Of a stretch of 64,000 nt of DNA, positions 49,424-59,461 are shown one piece after another. The stretch is from Nitrosopumilus sp. (lineage in GTDB: Archaea; Thermoproteota; Nitrososphaeria; Nitrososphaerales; Nitrosopumilaceae), in assembly GCA_965249555.1 (NCBI GenBank), contig OZ252243.1, positions 1,024,001 through 1,088,000 on the forward strand, given 5' to 3'. Position numbers and translations under genes: made by a program. Positions within the stretch are counted from its first letter, which is position 1, and each line of letters begins with the position of its first letter. Under the pieces are notes generated by a model. The model had not been told where the DNA came from, did not search any database, and saw only the letters and a list, made by a program, of their open reading frames with translations.

Positions 49424-50488
49424 ATGAAACAGCGTAGAAAAAATCTTCTAAAATATGCACAAAAGATCGGCTGTGATACACTAGTCACATTTGAGCCTGA
49501 AAATTTGTTTTACATGACTGGATTTTGGGGTGAGGCAATAGGATTACTTGAAAAAAATGGAAAAACAACCATCATTGCTCCAGAACTTGAAGTGGGAAGA
49601 GCAAAAGGAGAATCTGAAGATTGTGATGTAATTACAGCAGAACGTGGAACAGGTTTGATTTCTTCTCTTATCAAAAAAATTAAGAAAAACCAAGTTTGTA
49701 CTGATTGCCAAAACTATTCTATTATGATATCTCTGAAAAAATCTATTCCAAAAATCAAGTCATCTACAGAACCATTTTACAATTCTCGTATCATTAAGGA
49801 TGAAACAGAAATCCAAATACTCAAAAAAGCTTCTAAAATCATAGATGAAATGTTCGATATTTGCTCAAAAAAGATGAAAGTAGGTCAAAAAGAATCAGAA
49901 TTACAAACAATTTTGATGATATATGCAATGGAGCAGCAAATGTTTGATACTGGATACAAATCTACACTTAATCCTCTTATTATTGCTGGAGGTCCTAACG
50001 GTGCTTTACCTCATGCTCAAGTTACTCAGAGAAAATTCAAAAATGGTGATCTTGTAGTAACTGATCTTACACTAAGATACAAGGGATATGTTTCAGATGC
50101 AACTAGAACATTTGCACTTGGAAATATTTCAACTCAAGCAAATGAAGCATATGAAATCGTTAAAGAATCTCAAAAACTTGGTCTAAAAGCTGTTAAACCA
50201 AATACAGATTGTAAAGATGTAGATTCTGCATGTAGAAAATACATTGAAGAAAAAAACTACGGTCAATACTTTATTCATTCTACTGGTCATGGAATTGGAT
50301 TAGAAGTACATGAGCTTCCAACTATCTCGTATCGAAGTGAAACAAAATTAAAAGAAAACATGGCAATTACTGTAGAACCTGGAATCTATATTGAAAATAA
50401 ATTTGGAATTAGAATAGAAGATTCGTTAATTGTAAGAGATCGACCTATTGTAATGCACAAATTTACTAAAGATTTAGTCACAATTTGA
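49424..50488 (+). CDS. Xaa-Pro aminopeptidase/prolidase (M24B)
   Basis: ALPH, SDATRT, HSTGHGIGLEVHE, TVEPG, RIED. Confidence 0.95.
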   Translation: MKQRRKNLLKYAQKIGCDTLVTFEPENLFYMTGFWGEAIGLLEKNGKTTIIAPELEVGRAKGESEDCDVITAERGTGLISSLIKKIKKNQVCTDCQNYSIMISLKKSIPKIKSSTEPFYNSRIIKDETEIQILKKASKIIDEMFDICSKKMKVGQKESELQTILMIYAMEQQMFDTGYKSTLNPLIIAGGPNGALPHAQVTQRKFKNGDLVVTDLTLRYKGYVSDATRTFALGNISTQANEAYEIVKESQKLGLKAVKPNTDCKDVDSACRKYIEEKNYGQYFIHSTGHGIGLEVHELPTISYRSETKLKENMAITVEPGIYIENKFGIRIEDSLIVRDRPIVMHKFTKDLVTI

Positions 50489-50490
50489 GC

Positions 50491-50973
50491 TTAATCATAA
50501 AAATCTACTAAATCAATGATGTATTTTGATTCTTGATTATTTGATGTAATTTTCTCAGAATCCATATCTACATTCCAATCATAATTCATTTCCCCTTTGT
50601 GTGACTTGAAATTTAAAATAACTTGATATTCTTCTGAATCTATATTTGATACAGTTAGTTCAACGTTGGTTTTTTTATTGTCATAAATTTTTTCGTCTGG
50701 GTATTTTTCGCTAATTTTCATTGAAATTGCATCCATTACAGTTAATCCAGAATTATTTGGTCCATCATATCCCATTAAAATATCAAGAACCTGTTGTTCT
50801 TCAGCTGTAAGTTCTGGGAAAGTACCTTCTAAATCCCCTTTCATTAAATCGGGAACTATGAAGAGCATGAATAATCCCATCAAACCAAGATAAATTGGTG
50901 CTCTTTTTCTAAGAAATGCTTTAAAATCAGATTTTTTTGGTTTTTCTTCTTTCTCTTTTCTATCTTTACCCAT
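50491..50973 (-). CDS. Membrane-anchored hypothetical protein
   Basis: Basic N-terminus, one TM, acidic domain. Confidence 0.75.
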   Translation of the reverse strand: MGKDRKEKEEKPKKSDFKAFLRKRAPIYLGLMGLFMLFIVPDLMKGDLEGTFPELTAEEQQVLDILMGYDGPNNSGLTVMDAISMKISEKYPDEKIYDNKKTNVELTVSNIDSEEYQVILNFKSHKGEMNYDWNVDMDSEKITSNNQESKYIIDLVDFYD

Positions 50974-50991
50974 TTCTATTTCTCCGAATCT

Positions 50992-51846
50992 CTAGTATTT
51001 TGCAGTTAAAATTAAAACTTGCCATGGAAATACAATTTCTCCATTTTTCTTTGTGTATTGAGTTGATTTTTCTTTTACTAACTGTTTCAATTCTTTTCTT
51101 TTTGAATACTCTAACGCATCTAGCTTTTCTTTTAGAGGTTTTGCAATGTATTTGATATAATTTCTCCAATAGTCTTCAAATTTTCCAGGACTATAATGAA
51201 AAACAAATTCCTTTACAGATATCTTTGAAAATCCTGCTTTACTGATCTCTTTTCTTAATGCAGATTTTGTACCGAACCTATCAAGATTTGGTGAACCTGG
51301 AGGGACATAATCTGGAATGTATTGAATTACTGAATCTAAAATACTACTAAAAAAAGGAACTTTCTCTTTTTTTCCGTGAACTGAAATTCCTATTTTGCCT
51401 GATTCTTTGAGGCTATTTCTCATATTTTTTAATGCTTTTTGGGCATTTGGAAAGAAAAATAGTGCATACTGACAAGTAACAATATCGAATTTTTTGGAAA
51501 AATGAAACTTTTCTGCATCGACATTCACAAAATCCAAATTTGTTTTTCTTTCATTCCATTTTTTTGCTATTTTAATTGCAGTAATAGAAGTATCAGTACC
51601 TATAACATATCCCATATTGCCAATTTTTCTTCGAATTTTTTTTGTTACTACACCTGTACCACAAGCAAGATCTAATACTGTATCACCTTTGTTGATGTTT
51701 ACTAATTCTATCAATTTTGCAGTACTTTGAAATGGTCCTATACTTTCACTAGCCCATCTTTTATGATAACGTGGAGCAACTTCGTTCCAAATTTTCATGT
51801 TTCTTTGTTTGTATTCAGAATGAATGAGTTTCATTTGTAGAATCAC
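50992..51846 (-). CDS. Class I SAM-dependent methyltransferase (UbiE-like)
   Basis: VLDLACGTG, DAE, FDIVTC, LKESG. Confidence 0.9.
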   Translation of the reverse strand: MILQMKLIHSEYKQRNMKIWNEVAPRYHKRWASESIGPFQSTAKLIELVNINKGDTVLDLACGTGVVTKKIRRKIGNMGYVIGTDTSITAIKIAKKWNERKTNLDFVNVDAEKFHFSKKFDIVTCQYALFFFPNAQKALKNMRNSLKESGKIGISVHGKKEKVPFFSSILDSVIQYIPDYVPPGSPNLDRFGTKSALRKEISKAGFSKISVKEFVFHYSPGKFEDYWRNYIKYIAKPLKEKLDALEYSKRKELKQLVKEKSTQYTKKNGEIVFPWQVLILTAKY

Positions 51847-51980
51847 TTAATCTATGACATATTTTATGTAATCTCTTTTAGATCAGATTTTAGCATTCTG
51901 CCAGTTTCATGATAGTAAAAATAATCTATGGTCAGATTCAATTTGTAACCTAATTATACTGTAATTTTGAATCGAATTTA

Positions 51981-52931
51981 TTGAGTTTTCCAGCAGAATT
52001 TAAAAAGAAAAAATCATCAAATAAGAAAAAAATCGTAATCATAGTGTCTGTATTTCTAATTTTATTTTTCTTTGTTATTCCATTATTGGTATCTAGTTTC
52101 ACAGAACAAGATGAACAAGACAAAGAAACTTCAATAGACCAAATACCACAGGTTGTTACAGAACAAGATAGAGAAGCTACAATAGACCAAATACCACAGG
52201 TTGTTACAGAACAAGGTAAAGAAACTTCAATAGATGATCATAGTTGGTATTATGAGGATGGACAAGAGCCAATTAAAGAATCTAAAAATGAAAAATTAGA
52301 AACTGATAAAATTGATTTACAATCTGGTAAAGCATTTATTTCTGAAAGTAAAGATTTTGCTAAAACTTTGTTAGAAAGTTGTCTTAAAATTAATTCAGAA
52401 ACTAGGTACAATACGCATATTCAATGGATGAGAGATAACAAAGTAAATGAAAAAACAACAGAGATAATTAATTACTTGTACGATATACAGGAAAGAAAAA
52501 TAGAACTAGACAGAATAACTAATCAATCTTTAGATGTATTTTATGAATACTATGATTGTTTGTTTGATGTAGAAGAAAAATATGATGCTAATTACATCCA
52601 TGATGAAGATATTAAAGAATCTAAAAATGAAAAATTAGAAACTGATAAAATTGATTTACAATCTGGTAAAGCATTTATTTCTGAAAGTAAAGATTTTGCT
52701 AAAACTTTGTTAGAACATTGTGTTTCAGTTGATTCAGAAGTTGACTATTATGGGTTTGCTATATGGATAGAAGACAATCAAGTGTTTGAACTTACTAGAG
52801 AAGTATTCACATCTTTAGAATTGTTAGTGATGGAATATCCAGAACTAGAAAAACAAGCTACTCAGGCTCTATACATGTATGATGAATATCATAGTTGTTT
52901 GAGTGAAGTACGAGAAATATATGTTGGATAA
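51981..52931 (+). CDS. Accessory membrane-anchored protein with tandem and domain-scale repeats
   Basis: Basic N-terminus + TM, 16-aa repeats, two ~110-aa helical domains each with two Cys. Confidence 0.8.
   Translation: MSFPAEFKKKKSSNKKKIVIIVSVFLILFFFVIPLLVSSFTEQDEQDKETSIDQIPQVVTEQDREATIDQIPQVVTEQGKETSIDDHSWYYEDGQEPIKESKNEKLETDKIDLQSGKAFISESKDFAKTLLESCLKINSETRYNTHIQWMRDNKVNEKTTEIINYLYDIQERKIELDRITNQSLDVFYEYYDCLFDVEEKYDANYIHDEDIKESKNEKLETDKIDLQSGKAFISESKDFAKTLLEHCVSVDSEVDYYGFAIWIEDNQVFELTREVFTSLELLVMEYPELEKQATQALYMYDEYHSCLSEVREIYVG
52113..52234 (+). repeat. 48-nt tandem repeat, about 2.5 copies (EQDxExxIDQIPQVVT)
   Basis: GAACAAG recurs at 52113, 52161 and 52209. Confidence 0.88.
52272..52715 (+). 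repeat. 105-bp exact direct repeat (52272-52376 and 52611-52715)
   Basis: Both copies encode IKESKNEKLETDKIDLQSGKAFISESKDFAKTLLE; 339-nt offset. Confidence 0.92.
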
Positions 52932-52947
52932 TTTTTAAATTATAATT

Positions 52948-53106
52948 TTAGAAAAGAGGTGGGGTTATTTGATAGAGATTGTTATGATTGTATCTATGTT
53001 CAATTTGACCCAATTTCTCTTGTAATTTTTTGTCCTTTATTTTTTTTAATTTTTGTTCAATTTTTTTATACTCTGCAATTAGTTTTCGAAGTTCTGATTT
53101 TTTCAT
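52948..53106 (-). CDS. 52-aa basic helical microprotein coupled to coaBC (not in ORF track)
   Basis: ATGA overlap with the coaBC stop; MKKSELRKLIAEYKKIEQKLKKIKDKKLQEKLGQIEHRY.. Confidence 0.6.
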   Translation of the reverse strand: MKKSELRKLIAEYKKIEQKLKKIKDKKLQEKLGQIEHRYNHNNLYQITPPLF

Positions 53107-54365
53107 TTTATTTTTAGTTCAATTTGTTTTTTAATGAACTTTGCAATTCTTTGTTTTTTCATCCATCCTGACACAACAATCTTCTTAGAATCTACAATGA
53201 TTACTTGATTGTTTTGAGGATTTTTTTTGTATCTAGATGAACCTATATCATTTGCTATTATCATATCTGACGATGATTCTTTTAATTTTTTTTGAGCAGA
53301 TTTGATTAATTGATTTTTTGTGAGATTTGTCTCTGCCTTAAAACCTACTAGTAGTACATTTTTTTGATATTTTTTAATTTGATCTATAATTTTTGGTACT
53401 TTTTTGAGGCTAATTTTTATCTCATTTTTTGAACTTTTGATTTTATTTTTACTTGGCTTTGTTGGAACATAATCTGCAACAGCTGCAGCCATAATTACAA
53501 TATCAAATTTTTTCTTTAATTCAGTTTTAACAGCATTGTGCATACCTTTACTGGATAAAACATTGATAATTTTTGCACCCTTTGGCGGTTTTTCTTCTCC
53601 AGGACCATAAACAAAAGTAACTTTGGCTCCTGCAGAAATTAATTCAGATGCTAGACTAACTCCTGTTTTTCCTGAACTTTGATTTGTAATCACTCGTACA
53701 GGATCTATATGTTCAATTGTTGGACCTGCAGTCATTAACACTTTTTTATTTTTTAATGCTGATCTTAATCCAAATTTCTTTAAGACATATTCTAATACAT
53801 CTTCTGGTTCTGAAGCTTTTGCTTTCCCTTCAATCATCTGAGGTGCAAGAAATTCAATCTTATTTTTTAAAAACTCCATGTTCTTTTTTACAGCTGAATT
53901 ATCATACATTGATTCATGCATAGCCAAACACATCAAGATTGGAATTTTTGATCCAAATCCAACAGTAAGTATAGTAGAAATTGGTGTATCATCAATTCCA
54001 TTTGCTAATTTTCCTAATGTATTTGCAGTTGCAGGATATACTATTACTAGATCTGATTGATTGTAATTTGCTAATCTAATATGTTCTAGTTCACCTGTAA
54101 GTTTTGTAATTACTTTATTGCCAGTAGCCCATTTGAAATAATCAGGCTGTATTAATTTTGTAGCTGCATTACTTGTGACACAGGTAACATCTGCTCCATG
54201 TCTCATGAGTAGTCTTGCAAGTTCTATTGCTTTGTATGCTGCAACACTTCCTGCAACACACAGTACAATTCTTTTTCCAGATAATTCTACACCATGTGAA
54301 CTAACAATATCTAAAGACGGATGATCTTTTTTCTTTATCTTCTTTTTAGCTACCAATCTGATCAC
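53103..54365 (-). CDS. coaBC: Phosphopantothenoylcysteine decarboxylase/ligase
   Basis: GSVAAYK, PATANT, TAGPT..DPVR..NQSSGK, AAAVAD, GFKAE. Confidence 0.95.
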   Translation of the reverse strand: MIRLVAKKKIKKKDHPSLDIVSSHGVELSGKRIVLCVAGSVAAYKAIELARLLMRHGADVTCVTSNAATKLIQPDYFKWATGNKVITKLTGELEHIRLANYNQSDLVIVYPATANTLGKLANGIDDTPISTILTVGFGSKIPILMCLAMHESMYDNSAVKKNMEFLKNKIEFLAPQMIEGKAKASEPEDVLEYVLKKFGLRSALKNKKVLMTAGPTIEHIDPVRVITNQSSGKTGVSLASELISAGAKVTFVYGPGEEKPPKGAKIINVLSSKGMHNAVKTELKKKFDIVIMAAAVADYVPTKPSKNKIKSSKNEIKISLKKVPKIIDQIKKYQKNVLLVGFKAETNLTKNQLIKSAQKKLKESSSDMIIANDIGSSRYKKNPQNNQVIIVDSKKIVVSGWMKKQRIAKFIKKQIELKIK

Positions 54366-55185
54366 GTAACTTTTTTAGCTCTTCATCATCCATTGAAAAC
54401 CAGTTTTTTTCCGCAGGAAACACGCCTAATTCTACGTCTTTTTTGTAATTCTCAAGAGATTTCACAATATTTTCTGATAAATTCATGTATCTTTTTGCAA
54501 ACTTTGGTTTTATCTTATCATACATTCCTAACAAATCTTGAACAACTAGCACTTGTCCATCACAATTTACTCCTGAACCAATTCCTATTGTGGGAATACT
54601 AACAGTTTCAGAAATTATCTCTGCAACCTCATGACTAACCATTTCTAATGCAATACTAAACACACCTGCTTCTTCAAGCTCTTTTGCATCCTCGATTAAT
54701 CTCATTGCTGTATCTTTTGTTCTTCCTTGTACTTTGTATCCTTGTGAAAGCATTGTTGTTTGAGGTTGTAACCCAATATGCCCCATTACTGGAATTCCAA
54801 CATCAACTATGGCACTTATTGTCTCAGCCATTATTGAACCTCCTTCAAGTTTAACTGCATCAGCTCCTGCTTTGATTAGTCTACCAGAATTATTGATGGC
54901 ATCTTCTATACTTGCTTGGTATGACATAAATGGTAAATCAGATACTAGTAACGAATTTTTTCTTGCTTTACTAACTGCTTCTGTAAACATACACATTTGA
55001 TCCATTGTTACAGGAATTGTATTTTCATAACCAAGCATTACCATTCCTGCACTATCGCCAACTAACAATACATCAATTCCTGATTTATCACATAGAGAAG
55101 CTAAAGTGTAATCATAACTTGTAATTACTGAAATTTTCTTCTTTTCTTTTTTCATATTTAGAATATCTTGTACTGTTTTATGCAA
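54346..55185 (-). CDS. panB: 3-methyl-2-oxobutanoate hydroxymethyltransferase
   Basis: LVGDS, DLPF, KLEGG, GHIGL, DGQVLV. Confidence 0.96.
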   Translation of the reverse strand: MHKTVQDILNMKKEKKKISVITSYDYTLASLCDKSGIDVLLVGDSAGMVMLGYENTIPVTMDQMCMFTEAVSKARKNSLLVSDLPFMSYQASIEDAINNSGRLIKAGADAVKLEGGSIMAETISAIVDVGIPVMGHIGLQPQTTMLSQGYKVQGRTKDTAMRLIEDAKELEEAGVFSIALEMVSHEVAEIISETVSIPTIGIGSGVNCDGQVLVVQDLLGMYDKIKPKFAKRYMNLSENIVKSLENYKKDVELGVFPAEKNWFSMDDEELKKLRDQIGS

Positions 55186-55942
55186 CTCTGGCTCTCCTTG
55201 TAAGATTATTTTTTATTTGAATTACATTTTCTGTAAGATTTTTCTTGTTATCAAAATCATCAACAATTTTCTGAAGTATTTTTTGATTCTTTTTAGATAA
55301 TTTTTTAGATTCATTAATTAACAAATCAATTGCTCGTGTGACATTATCAACAATTGTGATGTTGGCTGTTTGTGAAGTTCTAGAAAGAGGATTTAGATCA
55401 AATGTAATAACAATTTTTCCTGCTTTTCTGAGTGCCATTGTCCTGTCTCCATCTTCTAGAGGTACCACTACAACATCAGCTGCAAAAATTCCATTTTTAG
55501 CTACAATTCTTCTAGCTGAATCAATATCTGATAGTTTTGTAGATGAAGTCAAACTTGTACCTAAAATCTCTCTTGCGCCATTCTTTTTGAGCGTCTTAAT
55601 TATTGCCTGTTTCCTCTTTTTATTACCATAAAACAAATTCACCTCAAGTCTTGCCTTGATCTGCTTTGATAGTCTTACGATTTGTTTGGGACATAGTGCT
55701 GCTATATTTCCATTAACTGAGATTACAGGTATATCTGCCAAAAGAAGTTGTGCAGCTGCAGCCTTGATGGCTTGCTTTGCAGCCTTGCCTGTTTTTTCTC
55801 CTAGTAGATAATCAAAAGCCTCTCCTCGTCCCTGAGCCAAGAGTCCTTCTTTTGCTACTAATCCATTATCAAATCCACTTACTAGTTTTTCACGAATTAA
55901 AAGTGATTTGGCTCTTGGATGTGATTTAGGAATTAAAGGCAT
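55178..55942 (-). CDS. 4-phosphopantoate--beta-alanine ligase (archaeal PPS)
   Basis: SHPR..SL..RE, GRGEAFDYL, SVNGN, LEDGDR, DLNPLSRT. Confidence 0.92.
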   Translation of the reverse strand: MPLIPKSHPRAKSLLIREKLVSGFDNGLVAKEGLLAQGRGEAFDYLLGEKTGKAAKQAIKAAAAQLLLADIPVISVNGNIAALCPKQIVRLSKQIKARLEVNLFYGNKKRKQAIIKTLKKNGAREILGTSLTSSTKLSDIDSARRIVAKNGIFAADVVVVPLEDGDRTMALRKAGKIVITFDLNPLSRTSQTANITIVDNVTRAIDLLINESKKLSKKNQKILQKIVDDFDNKKNLTENVIQIKNNLTRRARVA

Positions 55943-55952
55943 ATAATTTCAA

Positions 55953-56864
55953 TTAATTGTAAAGAACTCTTGCCCCATTATCATCCAACTCTGATTTTAT
56001 TATTATCCCATCAGGATATTTTTGTAAAATCTTTAGAACTTTATTTTCATCTTCTTTTGGAATCATTGAAAAGATTGTCTCTCCAAAGAATGCAATTCCA
56101 CATTTTATATTATTTTCAAATAATTCATTAACTAACTTTTGCATTCTCGGAGTCATAATATCTACGTATTTTGCAAATTCTAATGACATGTCTTGAAAAT
56201 GTTCATAATTTTTTGATTCTAATAATCTGTTTACCATTTTTCCACCAAGACCATTAATTTGAGATAAATGTTCTTTGATGAATTTATTTGTAGAAATTGG
56301 AGAGAAACATATCATAATTATAGAAATTTTTTCTGTCATGATTTTTTCTACACTACCAATTCCTGGAGCTCCGGGTTTCACACGAATTTCAAAACCACCA
56401 TGAAATGATGCCAAAACATCACCTAATCCAGTTTTACAATTAATTTCTGCATTATGTGCAATTTGTCCAATTATTGTTTTTTCTAATTTTGTTTCAAGAG
56501 CTTGATCTAATGCAAATGATAGTGATAATGCAACAGCACCACTAGAACCTAAACCATATCCAACTGGGATTGATATCTCATGTTCAATATCAAAAAACTT
56601 GTTTGAAAATTTTCCAAGCTTTAAAAATTCATTTAAAACAAATTCTGAAACATCTGTTTTATCTGATTGATATCCCTTTGTTATGATTCTAAAGTTTGAT
56701 TCTTGATTATCTCTTGTATCAATTTTTACTCTTGTTGTAACTCCTTGTTTAATTGAGAATCCAGCTCCCATAGAACCTAAATTTTCTAAAGAATTCTGAG
56801 TGTCATCTAAATGAGCTTTGAAAAATCCTGTAATATGAGCAGGACAAAATGCCGTAGCCTCCAT
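55953..56864 (-). CDS. Pantoate kinase (GHMP family, archaeal PoK)
   Basis: PAHITGFF, GSMGAG, PVGYGLGSSG, TGLGDV; CoA operon context. Confidence 0.9.
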   Translation of the reverse strand: MEATAFCPAHITGFFKAHLDDTQNSLENLGSMGAGFSIKQGVTTRVKIDTRDNQESNFRIITKGYQSDKTDVSEFVLNEFLKLGKFSNKFFDIEHEISIPVGYGLGSSGAVALSLSFALDQALETKLEKTIIGQIAHNAEINCKTGLGDVLASFHGGFEIRVKPGAPGIGSVEKIMTEKISIIMICFSPISTNKFIKEHLSQINGLGGKMVNRLLESKNYEHFQDMSLEFAKYVDIMTPRMQKLVNELFENNIKCGIAFFGETIFSMIPKEDENKVLKILQKYPDGIIIKSELDDNGARVLYN

Positions 56865-56929
56865 TGATCTTAGTATAAATTTTACACAAAATATAAGAAT
56901 ATGGCTTAAATTACTTAAACTAGTATAAA

Positions 56930-57910
56930 TTGACTAAATTTATTCGGCGCCTACAAAGAATTGGAAGTAGCATCCTAGTATCGCTACCAAAAGAGTGGGT
57001 TGATGCAAATAATCTAGATAAAGGCAATCAAGTTGAGATTGAAACCGGACAAGGTAGTATTTCAATTTCTGCAAACAAAGAGAAACGTCCAACAAAAGAA
57101 CTTGTAATTTCCTATCCATTGCCAAAAGAAGAAAATATTGTAGCTGACATTACAGGAGCATATCTTTTAGGATATGATATAATTCAAATTAATTCAAAAT
57201 CATTTGTTCCTGGAGAAGATAGAGAAAAGATTCGTAATTCTATGAGAAGATTAGTTGGAATGGAAATCATTGAAGAAGATGCATCTCACATTAACATGCA
57301 ATTTCTTTTGGATGCAACAACACTCAATCCAGAAAAAATTCTCAAACGAATGAGTTCAATCTCGCTTGGTATGTATACTGATGCGGCAAACGGATTAATT
57401 TCAGATGACAAGTCTAATTTACAAACATTAGCAAATCGTGATGTTGAGGTGAATAGACAATATTTCTTACTTGTTCGTTTAATCCGTAGTACACTTGTTG
57501 ACAAAAGATTAGCTGGTATATTTAATTTAGAAAATATTGATGTTCTTGATTATAGGGTTGCAGCAAATCTTCTTGAAAATGCAGGTGACTCAATTGTTGA
57601 ACTTTCAAATTCCATATATGATTCATCTTTATCAAAAGAACATTCAAAAAAGATCTTTGATGTAGTCAAAGATTTCAGTAAACTTGCAGAAAAATCTATT
57701 AATGCATTTACAAAACCAGATAGACTTTTAGCTATTGAAGCAATATCATTGCATAAAAAATATGAAGCAGAACTTAGTAAACTAAGAACTACATTGGGTA
57801 ATAAAAAACAGATTCCAATAGAGTTTCTTGATTTAGTGTATATGTTTGAAAGAATAGCACAATCTTGGGCAGATGTAGCAGATCTTGTTCAGCCTATCTA
57901 CAATAAATAA
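56930..57910 (+). CDS. AbrB-PhoU family regulator
   Basis: RRLQRIGSSILVSLPKEW AbrB domain + two PhoU repeats. Confidence 0.9.
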   Translation: MTKFIRRLQRIGSSILVSLPKEWVDANNLDKGNQVEIETGQGSISISANKEKRPTKELVISYPLPKEENIVADITGAYLLGYDIIQINSKSFVPGEDREKIRNSMRRLVGMEIIEEDASHINMQFLLDATTLNPEKILKRMSSISLGMYTDAANGLISDDKSNLQTLANRDVEVNRQYFLLVRLIRSTLVDKRLAGIFNLENIDVLDYRVAANLLENAGDSIVELSNSIYDSSLSKEHSKKIFDVVKDFSKLAEKSINAFTKPDRLLAIEAISLHKKYEAELSKLRTTLGNKKQIPIEFLDLVYMFERIAQSWADVADLVQPIYNK

Positions 57911-58426
57911 TTAGTATAGTTTCTTTTTAGTAGCATAAGTCAATACTGCACAAATTGTTTTTGAGTCTTCAATTTTTCCAGATTTTATCATTCCAAGTAA
58001 TTTTTGCATATCTATTTTTACTACAGATAATATCTCATCATCATCTAGTTTCAAATCAGCAATTTTCTTTAATCCTGAGGCTACAAAACAATGGATTTTC
58101 TCAGTATTATAGCCAATTGACGGATAGTATGTAATTAATGGAGTCATCTTTTTTGCTCTATATCCAGTCTCTTCTTCTAGTTCTCTGAATGCACATTTTA
58201 TTGGTTCTTCTCTTTTTTCCAATGTCCCAGCAGGAATTTCTAAAACATATCCATGAGGAAATCTATGTTGTTTAACAAGAATTACCTTGTTGTCTTCATC
58301 AAAAGCAAGCATTGCTGCAGCACCTCGATGTTCTATTATTTCACGTTTAACTTTTCTTCCCTCTATTTTTCCCTCATAAACACTAAGACCTATAATTTCC
58401 CCCTCATAGATCTTCTTTTTCTTCAT
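57911..58426 (-). CDS. NUDIX hydrolase (ADP-ribose pyrophosphatase-like)
   Basis: Nudix box PAG..E..CAFRELEEETG. Confidence 0.92.
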   Translation of the reverse strand: MKKKKIYEGEIIGLSVYEGKIEGRKVKREIIEHRGAAAMLAFDEDNKVILVKQHRFPHGYVLEIPAGTLEKREEPIKCAFRELEEETGYRAKKMTPLITYYPSIGYNTEKIHCFVASGLKKIADLKLDDDEILSVVKIDMQKLLGMIKSGKIEDSKTICAVLTYATKKKLY

Positions 58427-58451
58427 AAGAAATCTTAGAAATTGTTATTAT

Positions 58452-59354
58452 TTAATTTGTTTGATATGTTAAATGTAATTTAGATGATTTTTTAAAATTA
58501 CTAATAGTCTTTTCTAACCATTTAATGTAAAATGAAATTTTTTTGGGAATGAACAGATCAGCTGATTTTACATTTTTAATGGTTCTAACTTTTTGAGTCA
58601 GTTCATCCATCTTGAATATACTATCACTGTACATAAATAAAACAATTTGATTTTTTGCAATAAAAGGAATTTGTAAATATGATTTAGAAAAAGTATTATT
58701 CATATTTTCTAATGTTTCTTTTAGATCTCCCTCTATCCAAGTAAGAATTACATAAGGAATAAAATTTTCAATTTTTCTAGAATCATAAACTAAGGTAAAT
58801 TGAATTCCATCATTTTCTTGTAATTTTTCAATACATCTTGTTATTGTTTTTGTTGACAAGTTTGTATTCTTAGCAATATTTTCAATTTTCTGTCTAGGAT
58901 CTTTAATTAATTTTTCTAGTATTTCTAAATCTGTTTTTGTAAGATTTGAATTATATCCAGGGCTTTCTGCTTCAAAAATTGATAGAACTCTAACATCCTT
59001 CATCAATTTACTTGCAAGCTCAATTTTTTGTTTTATATTTTCTTTTACAACAATACTGCAAACTGTAATTCCACCTATACATGGTACTACAAAATATGGC
59101 TCGCCTACAAGACTTACTTGTTCTAAAATCTCATTGATGTTTTCACCTGATACAACAAAGTACAAAACACCATAACCCAAGACAGGTGGTTCGACCTTAA
59201 TGAAAAATTCTTCAATTATCTTTCTTTTTTCCATTTTTTGAATTCTAGTGTGCACCGCTCCACCAGATATTCCTAATTCTATACCTATTTGCCTGTCAGA
59301 CTCTCTGCAATTATTCAAGAGCCTGCTTAGAATTTTCATATCTAAATTGTCCAT
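58452..59354 (-). CDS. Lrp/AsnC-family regulator with duplicated HTH
   Basis: Two HTH units (LDMKIL..LGISGGAV; TDLEIL..NLSTKTI); divergent from the ABC operon. Confidence 0.85.
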   Translation of the reverse strand: MDNLDMKILSRLLNNCRESDRQIGIELGISGGAVHTRIQKMEKRKIIEEFFIKVEPPVLGYGVLYFVVSGENINEILEQVSLVGEPYFVVPCIGGITVCSIVVKENIKQKIELASKLMKDVRVLSIFEAESPGYNSNLTKTDLEILEKLIKDPRQKIENIAKNTNLSTKTITRCIEKLQENDGIQFTLVYDSRKIENFIPYVILTWIEGDLKETLENMNNTFSKSYLQIPFIAKNQIVLFMYSDSIFKMDELTQKVRTIKNVKSADLFIPKKISFYIKWLEKTISNFKKSSKLHLTYQTN

Positions 59355-59461
59355 TTTATCATCTAAACAACTCCATAGAATATAGAAATTACTTATTTGA
59401 TATAAAACTGTCTATAATCTTATCAGTATACATCAAATACATTAAATATCAGACTATTTTA

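Noticed and set aside
52272-52931. Duplicated block as a DGR template/variable repeat pair
   Set aside because: Differences in the diverged part are not adenine-specific, both copies are coding, and there is no reverse transcriptase in the window.
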